Below the pieces are notes generated by a model that saw only the letters and a program-made list of their open reading frames with translations, ran no database searches and was not told where the DNA came from. A stretch of 49,508 bases of DNA from Catajapyx aquilonaris (taxonomy: Eukaryota). Below are positions 1 through 11,754 of the stretch, in pieces (the stretch's first letter is position 1; every line of letters begins with the position of its first letter). The translations under genes and the position numbers were made by a program. Location of the stretch: NCBI GenBank assembly GCA_000934665.2, contig JYFJ02000732.1:62001-111508 (forward strand), read 5' to 3'.

Positions 1-514
1 TGTGATGTGTTGTCAGCCATCCACGCTCCAAGCATGTCTCTCACATCTTGGTTTGATACATCAACCGATCCCTGGCTTTGGGAATCTCGGGGCTTTCCGT
101 GCACGAGCTTCAATCCTGGCCACATTTCGGCCAAATTCTTAATCACTTTGTGTGCAAATTCTCGTCCGTTATTGCTCTGAAGTATAAACGGAGCACCAAA
201 GATACAAAAGATGTCCATTACTTGATAAGCCACTTCCTCAGCAGTTTGAGTTTTCAATGGACGAAGAACTGTAAATTGAGTTATATGATCTTGATAATTC
301 AAAATGAAACAATATTCCCCATCTCGTTCTGACTGCATGTTGATCAGATCTATTTGACATCGAGAATTCATGTCATTCGAAAGAATTGGCTGAACTACCA
401 ATCTCCGTTTGGCTGCTTTCTTCTTTAACTGACATTTCTTGCAAAGAGATATATAAAGTTCAATAACTTTGCGAGTAACATTGGAATACTTTGTCTTCAA
501 TTCAGCTTCCATGA
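1..514 (-). CDS. Exon of gene 1: integrase zinc-binding C-half plus rve-like core, KRBA2/SCAND3/Ginger type; runs off the window edge
   Basis: Manual translation (not in the ORF track): MEAELKTKYSNVTRKVIELYISLCKKCQ...MNSRCQIDLINMQSERDGEYCFILNYQDHITQFTVLRPLKTQTAEEVAYQVMDIFCIFGAPFILQSNNGREF...WPGLKLVHGKPRDSQSQGSVDVSNQD. Phase-1 acceptor tttcag ends at 515. Confidence 0.9.
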
Positions 515-1008
515 CTGAAATGAATAAGGAAAAAAAACTAGTAAAACTTCTGTTGTGCACGTAAGGTTCTGTCATGTTTTCTCTCTCTGTCATTCATGCA
601 CAGAGCAAACAATTTTATGCATTTGAATATTTTATATTTTGCCTTTTTAGGCCAAAAATATTTTGCTGTCAGCAAAAAATTTATTTTTTAATTACATTTT
701 CATGCATGTATACTAGCACAAAAGGTGACTGTTTCCAGTAGATTATAACTAATTCTAAAATAGTTGCGGACAAAAAAATTTTAAACTGTGGTAAACCTAA
801 TATTCTGTGAGCATAAAAGTCAGCACGTAGTGGCCTACAACATATTGCAGCATGGAACCAGACTTGCTAAAATGCTGAACCTGTCAAAAGGCGCTGGCTA
901 CACAAAAAATTTCATTTCCATCCGCAAAGTTGCCCAAAATGGCTGAATAGACTTACAAATCCATAAAAAATCCATTAAAAATCATTAATACAGGTGTTAT
1001 TTACTTAC

Positions 1009-1404
1009 TTCTGCTCTTTTTGTGTCCAAGGCTAAGATGCACAGATTCCAATATATCAAAAAGTTCATCACTGGTACAGAAGTAACGCATGTCCGAACCA
1101 CTTTTACGTGCACCACCGTCAACGAGCTTTTCTGTATCTCCAATTTTCACCACACCGTATCTTTTAATACGTCGGTACTGCTTCGATGTCAAATGCTGAT
1201 TGTTCCGTCGTAATTCATGAGCTTCTTTCACTTCACATAAAATTGTTTGGTAACGGTCAGCATCAAGCATAATGCATCTATCATTACTTGATTCCAACAA
1301 CTCTGTCAGTTTCTCATAAAAAATTTCCTTCACACTTTTGACAGCAGCCGTGGCTACGGACGTCCTACTCTGCTCACATTCATTTGCCAAATTCAGACAG
1401 CTGA
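1009..1404 (-). CDS. Exon of gene 1: N-terminal part of the integrase-like protein (His half of the H2C2 motif)
   Basis: ORF 1001..1429 ends ELFDILESVHLSLGHKKSR. Phase-1 donor a|gtaagt at 1009/1008 joins in frame to the exon at 514. Phase-1 acceptor tttcag at 1405. Confidence 0.8.
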
Positions 1405-1817
1405 CTGAAAGAAGACAAGGGAGGCTCACAACATGTTGATCATGTTCAATGGGGAGAAACTTCCCATTTTGCAGAGTGGGAAATCAGAACCAGCCACAAC
1501 ACAAAATTCACATTGTGGCTATTTCAAAACGACCATGACCAGAAATTTCCATCTGTGGTCATTACGCATAGCCGACAATGCATTGTAGTCATTCTCTTCA
1601 CAAAATGAACATTTTAGAGGTATGTCATCCTGGTCCCAAGTACTCGATCGCGAATCAGGATAATGGTTCTCAAAAAATGTAGAAAGTGGACACCATTGCC
1701 CAAAATCTTTTGCGTCCCCCACAATTGTGTTCAGGTACCCCAGTTTGAAAACCACTGCCCTAATCAAACCTGACTCATGTTACTGGCAAACAATTCATTA
1801 ATGGAGAAGAAGCCTAC

Positions 1818-2124
1818 CAGTGTTAGCGGCATCATTCTGCTGGGTTGCCCTGCTTGAACTGCTTGATGTAGGGACACTATCTGCATTGACGTCATGGTCT
1901 TGCTGACTCCTTGCTTCCAAAACCGATTTCACCAGAGAGGCGTGCTTCGATTCCAAGTGACTCCTGAGGTTCGCGACAGAAGAATCGAAGGACACGTCTT
2001 CCTTGCATATGTTGCACTTGGCACGTTTGTTTGGCAACTGGGTGTAGTGATTCCAGATGGGACTTCTTTTCATCCGCTTCCTTGAAGGTTCTTCACTCGC
2101 ACTTGTAGATTCAATGTCCTGGCC
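1818..2124 (-). CDS. Exon of gene 1: BED-type zinc finger
   Basis: RSPIWNHY...AKCNICKEDVSFDSSVANLRSHLESKH fits the BED pattern W-x-[HY]...CxxC...NL-x-x-H-L-x3-H. Phase-0 acceptor aaacag at 2125, phase-1 donor g|gtaggc at 1818/1817. Confidence 0.85.
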
Positions 2125-2871
2125 CTGTTTGGTAAGTCAAAAGGTAATTTTAATGTCCCACAAAGAGTCATATTCTGCTATTCTCAACCCTAGCTTGAAT
2201 TTTGTCCCATTGCTACTTTATGCACCAGAGCAAGGTAGATCTTCAGGATGATTTTCTTCCCTTTTTATTAACTGTTACATTTAAAAAATAGTTTTTCCAT
2301 TCCCACTTCATGTACTTCTTTTTTTTAAGTACAGTAACTAGAAAATAATTACAGAGTACACAATTCGGAAACATATCAACAGCATGTAAAGTCCTTAGTG
2401 TTTTCCCAATGTTAAAGCCACGTGTTGATCAGCGATGTCGCAGTGATGATGTCACCAAATGATGAGACCATTTGTTTGGGGCGATAATACAAGGTGAAGG
2501 GAAACTCGCTGACAATTGCCAGGTAAACTTATAGTACTCGCAAAACTAATATAGGGATGTGCAATTAGTTTTTGGCTCCGTTGCATACCGTGCAAAGAAA
2601 TAAAAAAACTATGACAAATGTGCTACGTGTACAAGCCCTCTACTATCCATTTTTTACATACTGGCCCCTATGTTTGACAGCGCATATCACATGAACGGAT
2701 AATTCAAAATAATCATAGGACTGTGTCGTCATAATCTCTTTACGGGGTAGCCTTCGATGACCAGGCACACCCACCTGACCATCTCATATGACAACAATGA
2801 AACAAATAGGAATAATTGGGCAAGGCCCTCAAAATTTGACGGCTCTCTCTTCAAGATCAAGAGACACTCAC

Positions 2872-2931
2872 CTGTGCAGAAGATGCCTCATCATTACTGG
2901 ACTCACTGGGGCATTCATTTTCTGATGTGCA
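2872..2931 (-). CDS. 60-nt symmetric linker exon of gene 1 (CTSENECPSESSNDEASSAQ)
   Basis: tttttccag| acceptor and cag|gtgagt donor, phase 0-0, open frame. Confidence 0.6.
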
Positions 2932-3003
2932 CTGGAAAAATAGATGCATTAGGGGACCTGCACGCTAAGAAATATACGGTCGGGTCTCCTGAAACATGCC
3001 TAC

Positions 3004-3318
3004 CTCCAATTTCGGAACAGCGTCGGGCTTTAATACCCGCCTCTTCTGATCAGGTCTGCAGGGAAATAGTGACTGCTTCTCAAAGTGAGCAATGCAAACC
3101 CGATGATGCGACTTTGGCTCATAGGTTGGTGGTAAATTCAGAGACGAGAGCCATTGTCGCATCAATTCGGGCTGTCCGCAGGGAAATGTGAAAAAAATGT
3201 CACATGGTTGGTCGCTTATTTTGTAACGGTGCTGACAAACTACACAAAAGCGACCCCTATATGCACCTATACTGGAACCTCCCTGCTGATCCATGCTACC
3301 ACCACGATCCATGCCCTG
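3004..3318 (-). CDS. Exon of gene 1: THAP (C2CH) DNA-binding domain
   Basis: CVVC...FFTFP...RQWL...RVCIAHF...LKPDAVP carries the THAP signature and AVP box. Phase-0 acceptor ttccag at 3319, phase-0 donor gag|gtaggc. Confidence 0.88.
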
Positions 3319-3889
3319 CTGGAACAAGGTGAAGATATAGCACGTGTTTTTCTGGGGAAGTGCTAAGATAATGTTAACAGATGTTGTGATGGCCAACGGA
3401 GCGGCCAGCTGATAGCAGTCGACGTCAATCCCCCACTTTGATCCCTCACCCTGGGGTTACCGTTCCACGTAGCAAAAAACGGATTGCACCATCGGATTCA
3501 TGAATTTTTACCCTATTTTTAGAGACCAACTTGTTTTTGGAGTGGAGTGTCCCCTTTAAAGAGTAGAGGGACGGATGGTAAAATACGAGGTAAAGTGCAT
3601 GGGTGTCGTACCCGGATTCTTACTCTGAGGGGATTAGATCGCCTATTACACATGGACGACATGTTAGGGGACCAAGGACCTCGTGCTGACAGTATTGCCG
3701 GAACTTTGATGGCCCCCGTATGCATTAACTATGCAACAGAGCCCAAAACTAATTGCACATCCCTGTATTAGTTTTACGAGTACTATCAGTCTACGTGGCG
3801 ATTGTCCGTGAGTTTCCCTTCACCCTGTATACTTGTTTACTTTCGATGTGATTGTTGCACCATCGCTGGTCATATGTAGCTTAACTTAC

Positions 3890-4120
3890 ATAATTTGTGC
3901 ATTCCTGAGGGGCTGCCAAGGGGTCAACAGTAGCATCAGTGGCTGCAGGCAAGACGCACAGCGGCTCTTCATCTGGCGGTTCCTCCTTAACCATGGCCCG
4001 TACGGATGAAGGGCCACTAAATGTCGACAGAGCTTCCTCCTTGAGTGCCACTCGCCAAGTTTCCTCCGTCGTGATCGCCTCCTCTTCTACTTTGACTTCC
4101 CCTTGAAGCGTGGCTGACAT
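3890..4120 (-). CDS. First coding exon of gene 1: acidic psiKxE/W/DPL module
   Basis: MSATLQGEVKVEEEAITTEETWRVALKEE...VKEE...VDPLAAPQECTNY. Acceptor tttcag|ggccATG, phase-0 donor tat|gtaagt. Confidence 0.8.
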
Positions 4121-4260
4121 GGCCCTGAAATGGAAGCGCCGATGACAGTGCAACGTACGTGGATGTGTTTGTGGAGCGAGAACCCCGTTGAAACGAGGCT
4201 GGAACTCACCAGAAGGACTCGACCGCAACCGACGCCAACACTTCTTCTTCACGACTGATG

Positions 4261-4345
4261 GGCCGCCATCTTGGATCAATACAGCTGGGAACGCGGGCGC
4301 ATTCCCGTCGCTGGCCATCCGTTCCTTTGTCCGAACCGCGATGGC
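4261..4345 (-). promoter_or_regulatory. Family core promoter copy (gene 1)
   Basis: + strand GCCGCCATCTT, GGGCGCATTCCC, GTTCCTTTGTCC. Exon-1 donor GTGAGT at 4209-4204. Confidence 0.65.
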
Positions 4346-5243
4346 CTTAAACGCTATCGTCGTGGCAATCGCTGCTTCGGCTCCATGGACAATGTCCAGT
4401 TTGGGGATTTCTCCTAGCTGGGCAACCACAGAAATTATGAAGCTGTACGGGCCAAATGAAAATGCTTTTTATGAATCCTGCCATTCAAGTGTCCCACGAC
4501 TATACGTAAAGAAAACCACAAGAATAATAATAACGGACACCAAACAGTTCTATATATTATCGACACAGGTCTGCTCTCTTCGACAGTCAATTCAACAACT
4601 CCTCCATTCCAAAAAAAAAAACCCTACACACCAAATAAATTGGTCCTATAGCAACAGTTACCGTGACACAATCCACCAGACAACAATACCTGTTGGCAGA
4701 ACTGGTACACTACAAAAAGAATGGCCACCAGAACCCCCAAGAGGAAGACCACTGTTCGATCCCAGCCGGCCATAGGAGCAGATAACCACAACTCGTTCAG
4801 TGACGACTGAAAGTTACCTGTGTGTTGGCCAATGGAATTTCAAAGATTAATCATTAACGTAGGCGTGTAGACCCATCGTCTCTGGCAATGCCTGAAAATA
4901 CAGCTCTGGTGTTGCTCTCAGGTTTGCGATGGTATGGGAAGGCTAGGAGGGCTAGGAAAACAAGCATGCTTAGTTGGTGATGCATCAAAATTGTATCAGG
5001 ATACTTTAGTCTATGTTAGTAAGCCGGAAAAGCGACACGGTCTCTGAGGAAGAACAAGCATGTACCTTTTATACTTAATCCCATGTTCATTATACCAATC
5101 GCGGGCACCCTTTTCGGAGGACGCCCAATTTTCCATTTATTCTTCATTTCCAAATCGCGAGGTGATTGTAGTAGTTGTCCTATAAGAAAAATAACATTTC
5201 ATAAATATTACGTGCTTACACATTTTTGGTGCCTTTGACATAC

Positions 5244-5453
5244 CTCGGTATCATTCTGGTTACCCACTAAGGGTTAACCGCAGGCATCTGGTGACCACCA
5301 ATTTTTCCTCTGTTGTCTTCCACTTACTGTTAGTAGAACAAAGAGCCATTTCAACAGTGGGCAAATCAAGATCAAGGCAAGAGGACAATTCTTCCTTTGT
5401 CATCTTCCACATCTCCTGGCGATCCCTCTGGCGATCATCACGTCAAATGCCAT
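5244..5453 (-). pseudogene. Degenerate, frameshifted copy of the acidic-module exon
   Basis: cag|ATG start. Fragments EMWKMTKEELSSCL, EEKLVVT and NPLVGNQNDTE|gtatgt lie in more than one frame. Confidence 0.5.
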
Positions 5454-6631
5454 CTGTGAAAAAATGACAAATCAGAAGTTGCATCAAGTGGAAATACACG
5501 TCTTCTGGTCTTACTATCGACATGGCAATCCAGTCAGCATTATCTATTTTGACCCATACCCTTCCGCAGGCAAAACCAGGCAAAGAAGAGTCGGGAAGAA
5601 GTCAGTCCACAGCAGAAAACCTATGAAATTCTCACTGTCAGGAAATGAGGACCATTGCAATAGCACGATATGTTCTCACAAATTGTGTAACTCGCCTACA
5701 TCAAGGTAAAGGGTGCAGGTTAGGACAATATTAGTCACAGTGTTGCAAATATATACGCACAAATATATTTTATTACCCTCTGCAAATGACAAACTTAACA
5801 CTGATACCCCATCAGCGTGGCATAATATGACTATTGACACTACTAAGTCTTTCAGCACCCTGACGGCACCCAAGTGTTTCTGAGCATATTGAATCACTTT
5901 CATCTCTCTCTGATATCTGTAATATGCCACCACTGTACAGTACCTATCTTCTCAAGTGAGTTTGTGGTTAATGATCACATCTCTGAAAAAAACTATGGGC
6001 ACAGGACGTGTCTCGCCATACACCATTGGCCGCAAAACTTCACTATGTTTCCCAGTGGGCAACAGTTTTTCCTTTGCTTTCGCAAAGCGCAGGCAGAGTC
6101 TTGATCGCTTGGAAGGAAGCTACGCCTGTGTGCAGGGAATTAAGGGACTACTTTGTAGAAGCAGCCGCAGTGCACTGGGCTGGAAAGGACAACAGTGAGG
6201 CTTTTATTTAGGTCAGGAGAGCTGTCAGAATATGTGCATGCCTTGCATTATTAATGAGCAAATTGTTATGCCCAAATAAAATCTCCATATTATTCACATG
6301 ATTCCAAACTGATGGGAAAGTGAAGAATGGGCAGTTTTCCATATCATATTAACTCTTTTTCCTTTCACATGCAGATGCTGTAACCTGCCTTGTGATGGTG
6401 CAATGAGATGAGAAGTGATGTAGCACAATTTCAATGCGAGCGGAAAGGCCCTGCACTTGTACCAGAGAAGTCAACAGCATGGTAATGTTCTGTTAACAAT
6501 TTAGCATACCTAAAAGTTTCGTTATGTCCACAGGGAAGCATTACAAACTCTTGTTACAACGACTGGGACCATGAGCAATGATGAGGAACAGTAGGATGTG
6601 AATAACTGACCAGCTTTCCAGTGCTGCTTAC

Positions 6632-6902
6632 CTCACTGGTGCTGTCCTGAGTAACTGCTAAGGGATCTGGACCATCACCAGTGTCTTCCGGAATTGTGAA
6701 TACTAACTCTTCTTCATCTTCCGCTTCCATCTTGACCTCGTGTTTGTCCTCTTCTACAATAGTGCAGCCCGTATCACGTTTGGCCTTTTCCTTCTGCACC
6801 CATTTCCATGCCTCTTCCAGAGTTATCAATTGCTCTTCTTCTTCTTCCTCCTCCTCCTCCTCCTCCTCCTCCTCCTCGACTAAAGGTGGGATTGACTTGT
6901 CT
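6632..6902 (-). CDS. Internal acidic-module exon with poly-Glu, downstream of the SIX exon (gene 2)
   Basis: LITLEEAWKWVQKE...EVKMEAEDEEELVFTIP...PDPLAV. Phase-2 acceptor ttttccag matches the SIX exon donor; phase-0 donor gag|gtaagc. Confidence 0.75.
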
Positions 6903-7361
6903 CTGGAAAATATCATTACGGTGTTGAGGTAACGATGCAGAGTACAGGAGGCTGAAGTCCACAGCAGGTGAAATATGCTAAGAGCAAAGCATCCTATCAA
7001 GTGTGTAAGGCTATTTGAAACTTTTAAAATAAAGGTAATTTGCATCATTTTGGTCCAAATATCTATGTTCTGTATCCTTGGTGTGCAGTTCTAGCTTTCA
7101 CTAATAGCTGCCACAAAATACTGCACCAAAAATCTCAGTTAACCAGACAAAGCAGGTGTCTTCCAGATTTCATATCTAACTTCTAGGATTATTTTTGAAA
7201 ATCTGGATGAGCTCAGGGCTCCAAAGTTTGCTCCAAAGTTTGACACATATTACGTACCAGTAAGCTTAATTTGCCTCCTCATTTAGTACACGTTAAAAGA
7301 AAGTAAAATACTGGTACCAATTTTTTTTAAAAAAAGGCAATTTGGAAAGCTCCTTGCATAC

Positions 7362-7831
7362 CTTTGTGAGACTAGCGTAACGGTTCTGTCCATAGTTCTG
7401 TCCTTATTATGTCTATCAGGCTTGCTTCTCTGTCTCCTGTTCTTGAACCAGTTGGTGATTTGGAGGTTAGTGAGACCAGTGAGCACTGACAGCTCTTTCT
7501 TTTCCCTAAGAGATGGGTATGGCTTGATCCTATACCACTTCTTCAGGATGGCTCGGGACCTCTCCTTTAAGGAGTACAGCATCACTTCGCCGTCCCAGAT
7601 GGTGCGGGGCAGGGGGAACTTGCGCCTCACCCTGTACTTGTCCACTGCGCTCAGGGGACGGCCACGGAGACTTTCTACTTCCATGTAGTGGGCTTTGAGC
7701 CACAGAGACTGCAGCTTAGCATGGTTATGCGCTGAGAAGTGGTGATCCTCCAGCAGGCAATACAGCTCTGCAAAGTGCCCCTGGTGGAAGGCTTCCAGTG
7801 CTTTGTCCACCAGGATGCTCTCCTCCACCAC
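7362..7831 (-). CDS. Divergent Six1/2 (sine oculis)-like exon: truncated SIX domain plus K50 homeodomain (gene 2)
   Basis: [15 protein letters not shown]...[27 protein letters not shown]...[11 protein letters not shown]...TGLT...NWFKNRRQR. Phase-0 acceptor tttaag, phase-2 donor ag|gtatgc. Confidence 0.9.
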
Positions 7832-8276
7832 CTTAAAGTTTAAATAAAGAAAGGGGTTAACAGAAACTTCATGAATCCAATGTAAATTGAGTAAAACCAT
7901 GATTCAAAGTGTCTAATATCTTACTAAAGAGCACATTCTTAGTAGTTCTGTTAACTTACTCAACATACTGGTTCATAATACTGATTTCTATTATACACTA
8001 GATGACAGATTGCCGTGATTGAGACTACAACATTTTCTTCCTCCAAGTACTCTGTTCAGACACCATATTCTGATTGCATGCTATTTGCCGAGGCCAGTTC
8101 TAACTGTAGCAAGAGAAGTTTAACATTGCGTAATTAAAGCAAGAATTACTGTAGCACCTCGGCAATTTCAATGTCTTTAAACCAGGTGATGGTCATGCCA
8201 TACCAGTAGTGCAAATTTTCATGTCAATTTCTTTCTACTTGCACAGAACAGCAGTTATAATGATAAAATACCCGAC

Positions 8277-8471
8277 CATTTTTTCTGCTGCGGAGGCTTT
8301 AGGATTTCCATGCATCTTTTTTTTCTTTCTTCTGAAATTCCTCGTCATTTTTCTGCATCGAGGCTGCTTCTCTGCTTCCAAGACTGGCTCAGCACCAGGT
8401 GACCAGAGCAGATTATTACATCCAGCAATGCAGAGTTTCTTCGCAGAACCTGCTGCCAGTACTGAGAATGT
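8277..8471 (-). CDS. Probable 195-nt phase 0-0 exon of gene 2 with a basic NLS-like stretch
   Basis: ttatttcag| acceptor, open frame TFSVLAAG...NFRRKKKKMHG...EKM, weak donor |gtcggg. Confidence 0.5.
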
Positions 8472-8937
8472 CTGAAATAAAAAAAATCACATAAGTATGT
8501 TTTCTTAAGATGGAAATTACGCAAATCACATGCCAGAAAAATTCCAAGATATTTTTTAAAAAGCCATCTAAAAATTCAGGAAAGGTTCTCAGGTTGTGCA
8601 GAGTTGTGCAAATGTGACTTAAAAAATGCCCAAACTGAGGGTTATCACCTTTTGTCACCATACCCCACAAGCGATGAAAAAAAGTCCCAGTATCTGCTAC
8701 AAATAATTGTACACACCAGTGGCCAATAAGTGAAATAAAATACACTAATAAAATTAGAGAAAATAACTACACACAACTACCAGATGAAGACAACATCACA
8801 CCTACAAAAGAAAATCCTTACTTCCATATACAGCTTGATTAGATTTTCATGTGTTGCGGCATCATTTTCTGCAGAAGGTACAAGGAATGCCATTGAAGGC
8901 TTCTAGAACAACCTTACTAACACCAAAAATTGAGGTA

Positions 8938-11011
8938 CAGTATAACTTCTATAAGTCGAATCTCCATGGGACCGGAAAAAAACCTTCGAGTTATAGAAGA
9001 TTCGAGTTAGAGAAGTTTGAAATTTTTAAAGCACATAACTCTATAAGGAAGCCTACCTTTATGTCCAGAGACGAAAGGTGTTCAAAACTTCTGAATAACA
9101 TACTGTCACTAATACACTACTAATGTTCCTCATTGCTTCGTCGTAAAAAAAAAAACTCCGTAACGGCCATTTATTGCTTAGTCTGCGATTGACTCTCACT
9201 CTGAATAAATGATTCAATAGTCACAATTGAATCGAACACTTCTCTTGGAACGTCGGATCGCGATTCCAGCCACACACGGAGACTTGACACTATTCTGTTA
9301 GCTTCTCTCACTGTCGGGGGCACTGTCTGTGGTTCAGGGTCATCGTCGGAGTCGTCATGTAAATCTTCGCCTTCAGGCTCTTTTTTCTGCGCCACTCTGC
9401 GAAGAATATCTTCTTCCATGGCGTGTGATGCAACTGTAACTCCACTGTCAATGTTGGCATACACATCAAACGTGACCTCGTCAGGTACGACCAAATAATC
9501 GCGCACTCGTTCCCAGGATTCGTCATTTTCGTAGCAACTATCTTCATTTTCTATCTGTTGATCACCTTCCCTAATGAAGCCAGCTTTATGGAAGCAGTTG
9601 ATTAGAGTCGATGTCTGGACTTCGTTCCATGCTGCTGCGATATCTCGGCAGCAATCCAAAAGGGAAATAGTGGGTGCACTGCTGGCACCTTCATCCAAAG
9701 CTTGTATGATCCGCTGAATTATTCTTCTTCGGTACTTGTGCTTCAGGTTCTTAATGATTCCCTGATCCAAGGGCTGCAGCTTGGACGTAGCATTCGGAGG
9801 TAAAAACACGACCTTGATGGCCTTCAACACTACTGACGTTACTTTTGGATGGGCAGGGCAATTGTCGACAAAAAGCAAAATTTGTCGCCTTTCAGACGCA
9901 AATTTTTCGTCGAGACTTACCAGCCACTCCTCGTAAATCTCCGAAGTTATCCATGCCTTCTTATTGGTTTTGTACGTCAAAGGCAGAGATTTAAAGTTCT
10001 TAAAGCAGCGCGGATTTTTCGCCTTGCCAATTAGAAGAAGCGGAAGTTTTTCGGTACCTGCCATGTTGGATCCCACCATGATGGTAACCCGCTCTTTGCT
10101 ATGCTTTCCACCGTAGCACAGGTCATCTTTGAAAGCCAATGTTTTGTCAGGAAGGCATTTAAAAAATAAACCCGTTTCACCAGCGTTGAAAATGTCACTG
10201 TCACTGTATCCACGCAATAAATCTGGTAACACTTGCGATCTCCATTCTTCGCAGTCACTCTGATTCACATCTGCACTTTCCCCACAAGCCTTTTTGAAGA
10301 CGATGTTATTTCTCGTTTTGAACTTGTCCAGCCACCCGACACTTGCTTGAAAATCGTTGTGCCCAAGTTGTTTGGCAAAGTTTTCAGCTTTTTCACGCAG
10401 AAGAGGGCCAGACAATCGAATGTTTTTCTTCCTGAGTGTCATCATCCATATCAATATTGCTTCTTCCACTTCGGGATATCTCACCTCTTTCATGCGCTTT
10501 CTTGATGACTCGCCTGTTGACTCCACTGCTTCTAGTATTGCTTCTCGGTTCTTCAAAATTGATGAGAGTGTGCTGGCAGGTATTCCGAATGCTGCAGCAA
10601 CATCCTTCTTTTTTCCGCTACCCCTCTCCACCTCCCGTATTAATTTGGCCTTGTCTTGCAGGCTCAGGGTCTTTAGCTTGCGCTTCGCCATCGACATCTA
10701 CTGACAGGCAAGAGCCCAGCCACTGTGGTGGAGAATACTCACTGAAATTTTGAACACAAAAGCTTCAACGACCAATATCTGCACCCAAACCAATGACGCA
10801 CATGGCATAACCATACCGTTTCGTTTAAGACGGCCAGGAAAGCAAGGATTACACGTGGCGAGTTACTCGGCGCAGTTGGGGGTTATGCTTAAATTCGAGT
10901 TAGGGAAGTTTATTTCCTATTCTTTTACATTGTGACCAACCAAGCTCATCATTTTCTTCGACTTATAGGGAACTTCCACTTAGGGAAGTTCGACTTATAG
11001 AAGTTTTACTG
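8938..11011 (-). mobile_element. Full-length Tigger/pogo DNA transposon in an intron of gene 2
   Basis: 23-bp TIRs CAGTA[T/A]AACTTCTATAAGTCGAA with 1 mismatch. TA at 8936-8937 and 11012-11013. Subterminal TTCGA[C/G]TTA repeats at both ends. Confidence 0.92.
9171..10697 (-). CDS. Tigger/pogo (TIGD4/TIGD6-like) transposase, 508 aa: CENP-B HTHs plus DDE_1 domain, first catalytic Asp replaced by Gly
   Basis: FGIPASTLSSIL; ASVGWLDKFKTRN; IFNAGETGLFF (canonical NADETGL); LFVDNCPAH; LQPLDQGII. Confidence 0.92.
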   Translation of the reverse strand: MSMAKRKLKTLSLQDKAKLIREVERGSGKKKDVAAAFGIPASTLSSILKNREAILEAVESTGESSRKRMKEVRYPEVEEAILIWMMTLRKKNIRLSGPLLREKAENFAKQLGHNDFQASVGWLDKFKTRNNIVFKKACGESADVNQSDCEEWRSQVLPDLLRGYSDSDIFNAGETGLFFKCLPDKTLAFKDDLCYGGKHSKERVTIMVGSNMAGTEKLPLLLIGKAKNPRCFKNFKSLPLTYKTNKKAWITSEIYEEWLVSLDEKFASERRQILLFVDNCPAHPKVTSVVLKAIKVVFLPPNATSKLQPLDQGIIKNLKHKYRRRIIQRIIQALDEGASSAPTISLLDCCRDIAAAWNEVQTSTLINCFHKAGFIREGDQQIENEDSCYENDESWERVRDYLVVPDEVTFDVYANIDSGVTVASHAMEEDILRRVAQKKEPEGEDLHDDSDDDPEPQTVPPTVREANRIVSSLRVWLESRSDVPREVFDSIVTIESFIQSESQSQTKQ

Positions 11012-11176
11012 TATATTCTAATAGCCACACCAAGCCATAACCACATTATACAACATGCTAATCTGAATGCAACATGATTGGTGAACATGCTCGGAGGGAA
11101 GAATAATCCAAGGCACATATCACACTACACTATACATTTTCAAATATACTTAGCTCACAACTGGGTTGACCATTTA

Positions 11177-11322
11177 AGGTGCGTTTCCAAGTCAGTGATT
11201 TGATGATCGAAGTCATCGCTAAGGCTGAGTACCCCAAATAACCAATATTGTTTGAGGCGAAAATTGACTGTTAGTTTCAGCCTTGTCGACACTCGTCGAA
11301 TTGCTCACATGTAAATGCCCCT
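11177..11322. mobile_element. PIF/Harbinger-like MITE
   Basis: Ends AGGTGCGTTTCCAAGT...ACATGTAAATGCCCCT with TTA on both sides. Relatives near 14846, 22465 and 24010. Confidence 0.6.
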
Positions 11323-11754
11323 TTAGTGAACTCTCCAGTTAAATAAAATGGCTTACAATTACGTTGGAAAACCCAATGCACGAGAGAAAATTGAGCACAT
11401 CGGGAATGTTAATAACCGAAATACGGCCACATTTTGTTGAAGGTGTGTGATACACAAAGTAGGTGCTGCCTGTTTGTCCTGGATCAACATGCCATAAAGG
11501 CCTACCTTTTAAATTAAATCTCCCATGATACATAATCCAACCACCATTCTTTTCCAATGCAACAGAACTTTGTGCAGGCTACTTCATGCACACAGGCGGA
11601 GTGCAGAATCTACTAGGCCTTACGTGGACCAAACATGCCAATGATATGATTGCGCCTACTCAAAGCCCATTCAGCGTGTGACCCATAATCACAAGTATCC
11701 ATGCTTTCTGTAACGTCAAGTTTCAAAGTGGCGTAATCATCGTTAGGGACGCAC

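Larger units (their letters stand above)
2490..3827. mobile_element. Non-autonomous TA-flanked TIR element (Tc1/mariner-like) containing the THAP exon
   Basis: About 98-bp imperfect inverted repeats at 2490-2587 and 3730-3827, starting CA[A/G]GGTGAAGGGAAACTC. TA at 2488-2489 and 3828-3829. Confidence 0.75.

Noticed and set aside
1519..1767. 82-aa minus-strand ORF in a gene 1 intron
   Set aside because: No recognisable motif, and the flanking exons already join in phase without it.
7283..7900. The true sine oculis/Six1/2 orthologue
   Set aside because: The SIX domain is N-terminally truncated, the ETSY tetrapeptide is lost and there are many substitutions, so no gene symbol was assigned.
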